NCBI GenBank assembly: GCA_045577925.1
Contig: JAZNJH010000031.1
Location: 115,612 to 179,611, forward strand
Source: Eubacteriales bacterium
Lineage (GTDB): Bacteria; Bacillota; Clostridia; Oscillospirales; CAG-272
Length of the DNA stretch: 64,000 nt
Reading direction: 5' to 3'
This document shows positions 57,411 through 64,000 of this stretch, in pieces. Under the pieces are notes generated by a model. It searched no databases and was not told the DNA's origin. It was given only the letters and a program-made list of their open reading frames with translations. The first letter of the stretch is position 1, and each line of letters starts with the position of its first letter. The position numbers and the translations under genes were made by a program.

Positions 57411-58718
57411 TCAATACAGGATATTTGAAACAATATCCGCACCGTCATTCGACACAGCAAAAGCGGTGACACCAAGCTTTTCACCAAGTTCTTCGAGCGA
57501 CATATTGTCAAGAAAAAGCTCACCCTCTCGCCTTACGGCAACTGCCGGAACAAGCAACCTTTCCCCAAGTCTTTTGTCTTTCAGCTGAGTATATATATCG
57601 CTTCCAGTAAGAAGTCCTGCTACGGAAATATTTTCGCCAAAGAAATCATTTTTTATCTTGTATACGCGGCACTTTGTTTTGCCTTGGGTCATTTTTTCTA
57701 TTTTTTCAACAGTGCGGCAAATAAAATCATATGCAGCCTCGCCCGTTGCAATAGAAAGCTCTCTTATTTTTTCAAGTGTTTCGACTTCTGTATATGAAAG
57801 TTCATCATTCACCTCGTCCTCCGACGAGCGTATCGTGCCTATTCCGTCCTCAAGCTGAGGATAATCCTCATAATAATCGGCTTCGGGTAACGGCTTTTCT
57901 GCTTTGAGATAGAACTCGTCTGCGCAGAAAAACAGTCTTTTTCCGTATTCAATCTTGCATCTGTCACCAAATGCATTTACGCTTTCTATTATTTCTGCAC
58001 ATTCTTCTTTGGTAAACGGCTCAAGTGGATATAGCTTATCTCTGAATTTTGTAAGCCCTGCCGGTACTACCGATACTCCGATAATCGTATCATGATACTT
58101 CTCCATCTTACTCATTGTATATGTGAGATTATCACCATCATTAACAGATCGGCATAAAACTATCTGGAAATTAAGCTCTATTCCAGCCTCGTGCAGCCTG
58201 TCTATATATGAGAGTACCTTACCGGCATTCTTGTTTTTCATCATCTTAACACGTAGCTCGGGGTCCATGGTGTGAACCGATATGTTAACAGGGCTCATGC
58301 GCATCTCTATAATGCGGTCTATATCCTCATCGGTCATGTTAGTAAGGGTAACATAGTTACCCATTAAAAATGAAAGTCTTGAATCGTCGTCTTTGAAATA
58401 TATCGTTTCCCGCATACCTCGCGGATTCTGGTCCACAAAGCAAAAGATGCATTTATTCATGCATGACTGCTTTTCGTCCATAAGATAAGTTTCAAATTCA
58501 AAGCCGAGTTCGTCATACTCGTCTTTTTTTATTATTATGGTTTTGAGTTTTTCGCCGTTTCTTATATATTCAATTTCGAGCTTTTTTGCAATAGTTCTGT
58601 ATCTGTAATCAAGAACGTCGCGGATTTCATATCCGTTCACGCTAAAGAGCGTATCCCCGCCCTTTATTCCTGCTTTGTCAACATAGGAATCAGCGCAGAC
58701 TTCTTTTATAAGTACCAT
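57411..58718 (-). CDS. PDZ + radical-SAM DUF512 family protein
   Basis: N-terminal PDZ-like domain; CMNKCIFC; KDDDSRLSF..GNYVTLTN; usual position upstream of der; TTGACA-17-TATAAT promoter at 58769-58797. Confidence 0.9.
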   Translation of the reverse strand: MVLIKEVCADSYVDKAGIKGGDTLFSVNGYEIRDVLDYRYRTIAKKLEIEYIRNGEKLKTIIIKKDEYDELGFEFETYLMDEKQSCMNKCIFCFVDQNPRGMRETIYFKDDDSRLSFLMGNYVTLTNMTDEDIDRIIEMRMSPVNISVHTMDPELRVKMMKNKNAGKVLSYIDRLHEAGIELNFQIVLCRSVNDGDNLTYTMSKMEKYHDTIIGVSVVPAGLTKFRDKLYPLEPFTKEECAEIIESVNAFGDRCKIEYGKRLFFCADEFYLKAEKPLPEADYYEDYPQLEDGIGTIRSSEDEVNDELSYTEVETLEKIRELSIATGEAAYDFICRTVEKIEKMTQGKTKCRVYKIKNDFFGENISVAGLLTGSDIYTQLKDKRLGERLLVPAVAVRREGELFLDNMSLEELGEKLGVTAFAVSNDGADIVSNILY

Positions 58719-58793
58719 ATAAAGCTATCCTTTCAATTTACGCGCATGCACATAAATAACCACTTTAGATTATAACATCAGCGCTCTCTTTTG

Positions 58794-59675
58794 TCAACAA
58801 AAGCTTTTATGAATATATTGTGATTTATACTGTTTTGGCGAAACTCCAATTATCTTTTTAAAATTACGGTAAAACGTTGAAAAATCCGCATATCCGCAAA
58901 GTCCGTATATAGCCGTTATTTTGTACCCCTCTTTTATGTAACGACACGCTTTCTTTATTCTGCACATGTTTAAGTAAGTATTAAATGAGTACCCGGTTAT
59001 CTCAAAAAACAGCCCGCAGAAGCTGCTTCTTGACATAGCACTTCGTCTGCACATTTCCTCAAGCGATATATTATCTTCATAATTTTCTTCAATATAGCGC
59101 ACGCAGTATAAAACATATTCCTTATTATTTTCAAAATAGGCATTGATATGTTCTGCTTCTCTTTCAAAATAAGAGCGCGCTATAAGGGTTATAAGCAACA
59201 GTGCATATGCACGGATTATCTCGGTAAAGCCAAATGACTTTTTCTTAAACTCCTTGAACATATGCTCCAAAGTGCTCTCAACTAAAATTATCTCATCGGG
59301 CGCAAGAGAAAACTTCGGCCGTACACTTAAATACTTATCAATTTGGAAATCGCGAAGAAAATTAGCAGCTATTTTATTTGATATAGATATATCGCCAAAG
59401 AAATCGGGCATGAAGGAAAATGCGTAAAATACACACTCATCATCAGGCGATATATAATGTTTAACTCCCGGCGGAATTATAAACATATCTCCGTGTGTCA
59501 TAATTGAGGATTCGTTTTCAACGAAATGCTCAAGTTTTCCCTTGATTATATAGTATATCTGAAAATACTCATGGGTATGCGGTTTTCTTGCCTCAACCGT
59601 CTTTTCAACCTTATGTATATAGAATCCGTCAGTAGAATCCTTGTAATATGAAAGTATAAAATTCTTGATATCCAT
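58794..59675 (-). CDS. AraC-family transcriptional regulator (cupin + HTH)
   Basis: PHTHEYFQI..G..PPGVKH cupin; C-terminal CGYADFSTFYRNFKK..G.SPKQY. Confidence 0.93.
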   Translation of the reverse strand: MDIKNFILSYYKDSTDGFYIHKVEKTVEARKPHTHEYFQIYYIIKGKLEHFVENESSIMTHGDMFIIPPGVKHYISPDDECVFYAFSFMPDFFGDISISNKIAANFLRDFQIDKYLSVRPKFSLAPDEIILVESTLEHMFKEFKKKSFGFTEIIRAYALLLITLIARSYFEREAEHINAYFENNKEYVLYCVRYIEENYEDNISLEEMCRRSAMSRSSFCGLFFEITGYSFNTYLNMCRIKKACRYIKEGYKITAIYGLCGYADFSTFYRNFKKIIGVSPKQYKSQYIHKSFC

Positions 59676-59710
59676 ACCGTACCTCCTTTTTTATTTTAGC
59701 ACACAGCTAG

Positions 59711-59770
59711 ACAAAATGCAATAACAAATCAACAAAATGCAATATACACGCTTTGCTGTTATGCTAAACT
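59711..59770 (+). promoter_or_regulatory. AraC-type tandem operator and activated promoter of the atuA-like operon
   Basis: Direct repeat ACAAAATGCAATA at 59711 and 59732 (21-bp period); TG-c-TAAACT extended -10 at 59762-59770; no consensus -35. Confidence 0.7.
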
Positions 59771-59802
59771 TAAAGTATAAGAATAAATAATTGGAGGTAT
59801 AT

Positions 59803-61116
59803 ATCAAAATCGTATCGCTTTGCGGACTTCTAGGTTACGGATACAGCGAAGAAGCACTTGATATTGCTTTTAGCGAAAACGTCGACTACGTTGGTGTTGA
59901 CGCAGGGTCAACTGATCCGGGCCCGTATTACCTTGGCAGCGGAAAATCGTTTACAGACAGAGCCGCTGTTAAAAGAGATCTTGCTCTTGCTCTCCCTAAG
60001 GCACTTGAGCAGAGAGCACCGTTTATAATAGGTACCGCCGGAGGTGCCGGAGGCGCTGTTCATACAGACTGGCTTGTTGAGATAATAAAGGAAATAGCCT
60101 CAGAACAATCGCTTTCCTTTAAGCTTGGTATAATATACAGCGACGTTGACAAGGATTATGTGTTAAGTAAACTGGATGCCGGCAAAGTCATACCTATGTG
60201 CGAGACCTTCAGTCTTGATAAAAAGGCTGTAAATGATTCTGAGAGAATAGTAAGTCAGATAGGGATCGCTCCTATACTTGACATGCTAAAAGAAAAGGTT
60301 GACGTTATAGTTGCAGGCCGTGCATGCGATACTGCAATATATGCCGCTCCCTGTATTTATGAGGGCTATGATCCCGGTCTTGCATTTCATATGGCAAAAA
60401 TTATGGAGTGCGGTGCTATGTGCTGCGAGCCCGTTGCGGCGGCAGATGTTATGCAGGGATATATGCACAAAGACTATTTCGAGCTATGTCCTGCAAACCC
60501 CGCAAGACGATGCAGCGCACAGCGTGCGGCAGCTCATACCATGTATGAGCAGACAAACCCGTTCATGATATACGAACCTGACGGCGAAATCAATCTTAAA
60601 AATTCTAAGTTTGAGCAGATTGACGAGCGCACTGTAAGAATATCGGGTTCGGTCTTCACTGAAGCCAAAGAAAAGACCCTCAAGCTTGAGGGCGTAAAAA
60701 AAGTCGGCTACAGAACTGTGTGTATCGGTGGCATTTACGACCCTTTGACTATTGAAAATTTTGATTTTATCGAAAAAACAGTCAAAGACTTTGTAAAGCA
60801 AAATGCATCGTTTTCACCTGACGATTATACTTTTATGTTCAGACGCTACGGCTCTGCAGAGTCAAATATGGGTATAGTAATCGATGTTGTTGGCAAAACG
60901 CAGGAAATTGCTGACACCATATGCTCCCTTGCCCGCTCTCGTACCCTTCACTGCGATTACATTGAAAGAAGGTCGAGTGCCGGAAACGTTGCTTTTCCAT
61001 TTTCTCCATCTGACATTCACGTTGGTGAGGTTTACGAGTTCTCAGTATTCCATCTTGTAAAAGTAGACTCGCTTTCTGAAACGGTAAAGACAAAGATCGA
61101 GGAGGTAGGAAAATGA
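59803..61116 (+). CDS. AtuA/DUF1446 family protein; apparent start is ATC at 59803 (alternative TTG at 59791)
   Basis: GLLGYG, DAGSTDPGPYYLG, AGRACD, KIMECG and HTMYE motifs; GGAGGT SD lies inside the TTG-start ORF. Confidence 0.85.
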   Translation: MKIVSLCGLLGYGYSEEALDIAFSENVDYVGVDAGSTDPGPYYLGSGKSFTDRAAVKRDLALALPKALEQRAPFIIGTAGGAGGAVHTDWLVEIIKEIASEQSLSFKLGIIYSDVDKDYVLSKLDAGKVIPMCETFSLDKKAVNDSERIVSQIGIAPILDMLKEKVDVIVAGRACDTAIYAAPCIYEGYDPGLAFHMAKIMECGAMCCEPVAAADVMQGYMHKDYFELCPANPARRCSAQRAAAHTMYEQTNPFMIYEPDGEINLKNSKFEQIDERTVRISGSVFTEAKEKTLKLEGVKKVGYRTVCIGGIYDPLTIENFDFIEKTVKDFVKQNASFSPDDYTFMFRRYGSAESNMGIVIDVVGKTQEIADTICSLARSRTLHCDYIERRSSAGNVAFPFSPSDIHVGEVYEFSVFHLVKVDSLSETVKTKIEEVGK

Positions 61117-61409
61117 AGCTTATAGAACTTGCAAAAATACTGCGCAGCAAGAATGCGGGGCCCCTGTATATTACATTTGATTTAATGTTTGATGACAGCG
61201 AAAAAATGCAAAAAGTATTAAATGGCCTCACAAAAGAAAAAATCGCAAAAGCTTACAACGTTGACCAAAAACTTATTGATATCATTTCGTATGAAATCGT
61301 AGACTCTATCAAAATAACTTTCCCGAGAAAGTGTATCAGCGGCAGTATTCATGACGATGACGTATACGGATGCCAACAACACATGCCGCTTGCAAATATA
61401 GAAATATGA
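61113..61409 (+). CDS. DUF4387 family protein
   Basis: RSKNAGP..ITFD and D.DVYGCQQH motifs; ATGA overlap with the atuA-like gene. Confidence 0.88.
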   Translation: MKLIELAKILRSKNAGPLYITFDLMFDDSEKMQKVLNGLTKEKIAKAYNVDQKLIDIISYEIVDSIKITFPRKCISGSIHDDDVYGCQQHMPLANIEI

Positions 61410-61422
61410 TGAGGTGAAATAT

Positions 61423-62619
61423 ATGTACGCAGATAAGGATTATATAATCGCTCTGAGACGTGAACTTCACATGTATCCTGAGATCGGTTTCGATCTTCCA
61501 AAAACCATCGTGCTGGTCAAACGAGAACTTGAGAAAATCGGTGTGGATTATACAGATACGCTCGGTGAGTCAAGCATTGTTGCAACAATAAACCCCGAGA
61601 AAACAAACTTCACTATCGGTATTCGTGCCGATATGGATGCTTTACTCATAAATGAAACAAATGATGTTGACTACAAATCCAAAATTGACGGTCAGATGCA
61701 TGCGTGCGGGCATGATGCTCATACAGCAATGTTACTTGGCACAGCCAAAGCACTCTACTCTATGCGTGACAAAATAAACTGCCGTGTCAAGCTTTTATTT
61801 CAGCCAAGTGAAGAGGGTGTTCGAAGCGGTGCGGGTGAAATGGTCAGATGCGGCGTTATGGACGATATTGACGTTATCATCGGTATGCACGTTGAAAACT
61901 GGCTTGATTCCTGCAAAATAGGCGTATGCAAAGGAGCTTCAATGGCATCAAGCAGAAATTTCCGCATTGATTTCAAGGGTGCTACCGCTCATGCTACACT
62001 GCCTCACACAGGAAAAGATGCTCTTGCTGCGGCTGTCCGTACATACAATAATCTTCAATATATGCTGACACGTGAGCTCAGTCCGTTTGCAAAATACGTA
62101 TTTTCTATCGGCAAGCTTTCGGGCGGCACTACACAAAATGTTATCGCTGACCACGCTTATATGCTCGGTACGATTCGCACCTTTGATATGGAAGTTGACA
62201 GCTTTTTGGATCGCAGAATTCATGAAATTGCCGAAAACACCGCAAAGGAAACGGGCGTTGAGGTAGAAATTCAAAGCACTCTCAAAGCGTTTGTTCTTTA
62301 TAACAATCCCTATATCGCAGACCGCATTCTTGAATCTGCTGCAAAGGTAGTCGGCAAAGACGGCATCGTAAATATGCCCGAAAAGCTCAGTTCCGAAGAT
62401 TTCTCGCAGTACCTCACCAAGAAGCCGGGTGTGTTTATAAGGCTCGGAACGAGAAATGCAGATAAAGGTTGCACGACTCTCCCGCACAACAATGACTTTA
62501 TGATAGATGAAGATGCATTTGTTTTTGGAAGTGATACGTGCGTTCAGTTTGTTCTTGATAACATGGACGGAATTGACCCCGTAAAAATATCTGAAAGTGA
62601 TGAAAGAGTAAAGGGGTAA
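61423..62619 (+). CDS. M20D family amidohydrolase
   Basis: LRRELHMYPE, RADMDAL, MHACGHDAH, FQPSEEG and SEDF motifs; ATG at 61423. Confidence 0.93.
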   Translation: MYADKDYIIALRRELHMYPEIGFDLPKTIVLVKRELEKIGVDYTDTLGESSIVATINPEKTNFTIGIRADMDALLINETNDVDYKSKIDGQMHACGHDAHTAMLLGTAKALYSMRDKINCRVKLLFQPSEEGVRSGAGEMVRCGVMDDIDVIIGMHVENWLDSCKIGVCKGASMASSRNFRIDFKGATAHATLPHTGKDALAAAVRTYNNLQYMLTRELSPFAKYVFSIGKLSGGTTQNVIADHAYMLGTIRTFDMEVDSFLDRRIHEIAENTAKETGVEVEIQSTLKAFVLYNNPYIADRILESAAKVVGKDGIVNMPEKLSSEDFSQYLTKKPGVFIRLGTRNADKGCTTLPHNNDFMIDEDAFVFGSDTCVQFVLDNMDGIDPVKISESDERVKG

Positions 62620-62626
62620 AGGAATA

Positions 62627-63910
62627 ATGAAATATACGATATGCAGTGTTGGGGATGCAATACATACCTCAGACATGCCCTCAGACTATAATATAAAACC
62701 AATAAAAAACATTGTAGAAAGTGCTGATATTCGTCTGTTTAATCTGGAATATGTGCTATCAGAATCGCCTGCATACGGTTCAACATATTGCGGCGGTACG
62801 TGGCTTGCGGCTAAAACAGACTCGCTTGACGATTTGCTCGAATACGGATTTAACGGTTGCTCTTTTGCAAATAATCACACAATGGATTATTCTTATGACG
62901 GTATGTTTTCAACGCTTGAAGCTGTAAGGTCAAGAAATCTGCCCGTGAGCGGCGCAGGAAAAGACCTTATTGAAGCATCAGATTATGCCGTTATAGACGC
63001 GCCAAATGGCAAATGCGCGCTTATTTCAATTTGCTCTACGTTCAATGATGCGGCACGTGCGGGAAATCCGTCCGATACCGTCCCCGGCAGACCCGGGCTA
63101 AATCCGCTGAGATTTTCGACTGTTTATGAAATAACCGAAGAACACATGAAGGCTCTCAAGGAAATGTCTGCAGGCACAAAAATTGACGGTAGGCGTAACC
63201 GTTCAAGAGCCGGCGGCTACACGCCAATGCCGCCCGATGGTTGCTTTGGTTTTGGCGAATACAATTTCCGTATAAGCGAAGTCGAAGGTAAAACCTCAAA
63301 GGCTAACGCACGCGACGTTGAAAGAACAACAGACAGCATCAAAAAGGCACTTATAGAATGTGACTACGTTGTAGTCAACGTGCACTCACATGAAATAAAG
63401 GGCGACACCGATGATACGCCTGACGACTTTATGGCAGAGTTCAGCCGCAAATGTATAGACGCAGGCGCTTCTGCCGTTATAGGCACGGGTACACATCAAT
63501 TGAAGCCTATTGAAATTTATAAGGGAAAGCCGATATTCTACAGCATCGGAAACTTTATTTTCCAAAGTGATGAAGTATTCTGTATGCCCGAAGATTTCAG
63601 GGAAAAATACAAGCTTGATAAGGGACTTTCACCTACTCAAATGGTTGCAGCAAGAGCGGCACTTGGAAACGGCGGACTTCATGCCGATGCGGCTAATTTC
63701 CGTTCGCTTATTCCTTATATAACGTATGACGAGTCAAAAGTCACTGATATAAAATGCTATATGCTAAAGCTGAATGAAGATAACGGTATGCCTTATCTTG
63801 CAGACTTTGATGAGCAAAAAATAATTTTTGATTACATGTGTGAAAGATGCAAGCCATACGGCACAGAAATTGTCCTTAATGACGGCTACATAGAGGTAAA
63901 AGTAAAATGA
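62627..63910 (+). CDS. CapA/PGA_cap family metallo-hydrolase, cytoplasmic
   Basis: VGD, NLE, ANNHTMDY, VHSH, GTGTH..KPIEIY and YSIGNF motifs; no signal peptide or TM helix. Confidence 0.88.
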   Translation: MKYTICSVGDAIHTSDMPSDYNIKPIKNIVESADIRLFNLEYVLSESPAYGSTYCGGTWLAAKTDSLDDLLEYGFNGCSFANNHTMDYSYDGMFSTLEAVRSRNLPVSGAGKDLIEASDYAVIDAPNGKCALISICSTFNDAARAGNPSDTVPGRPGLNPLRFSTVYEITEEHMKALKEMSAGTKIDGRRNRSRAGGYTPMPPDGCFGFGEYNFRISEVEGKTSKANARDVERTTDSIKKALIECDYVVVNVHSHEIKGDTDDTPDDFMAEFSRKCIDAGASAVIGTGTHQLKPIEIYKGKPIFYSIGNFIFQSDEVFCMPEDFREKYKLDKGLSPTQMVAARAALGNGGLHADAANFRSLIPYITYDESKVTDIKCYMLKLNEDNGMPYLADFDEQKIIFDYMCERCKPYGTEIVLNDGYIEVKVK

Positions 63911-64000
63911 TAAGAATTGATATATATGAGAAAGCTCTCTTTGAAACTATAAAACGGGGAGCTACAGAAATATCGCCCGATGTTAAAGAGGCTTTTGAAA
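63907..64000 (+). CDS. Partial gene, probably Fe-S fumarate/tartrate hydratase alpha subunit (MIRIDIYEKALFETIKRGATEISPDVKEAFE...)
   Basis: ATGA overlap with the CapA-family stop; I..GAT.I.PDV..AF resembles FumA-alpha/TtdA N-termini; only 31 codons visible. Confidence 0.55.
   Translation, partial: MIRIDIYEKALFETIKRGATEISPDVKEAFE

Noticed and set aside
61948-62676. 242-aa antisense ORF over the M20 gene (also 48529-49164 and 45589-46083)
   Set aside because: Antisense shadows of well-supported genes, with no motifs.
62627-63910. Poly-gamma-glutamate capsule synthesis locus
   Set aside because: No capB/capC in the window, no membrane anchor, and the context is catabolic.

Overview
Core-genome window from a low-GC, spore-forming Clostridia-class firmicute, probably Oscillospirales/Ruminococcaceae-like (inferred from gene content and dockerins). 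It holds 52 complete CDSs and 2 partial ones. In order: metK (SAM-I riboswitch), ribU (FMN riboswitch), the str operon rpsL-rpsG-fusA-tuf, an orphan GyrB/ParE-type subunit, addBA-GNAT-rqcH, the argCJBDF operon with ARG boxes, pdaA/pdaB-like genes, argH, an isolated cpsCDB tyrosine-kinase trio, rplS-pth-mfd-prsA-csaB, tepA, a pduL/IscU-like/GGGtGRT operon, two dockerin-bearing LRR surface proteins, a SodC-like gene, der-plsY-cysK and an AraC-linked atuA-like/DUF4387/M20/CapA/hydratase cluster. No rRNA, tRNA, CRISPR array or mobile element was seen. Main leads: (1) an in-frame TAG at a conserved aromatic site of EF-G while none of the 52 genes ends in TAG, with unusually divergent EF-Tu and S12; (2) a ~40-bp long-range RNA helix that encloses rpsL and covers its Shine-Dalgarno (SD); (3) the pduL-IscU-like-GGGtGRT operon behind a Rex-like operator; (4) the uncharacterised AraC/AtuA cluster with a 21-bp-period operator. 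The three single-base oddities (fusA TAG, extra A in pth, atuA-like ATC start) could all be assembly errors and need read-level checks. Family assignments come from motif recognition, not database searches.
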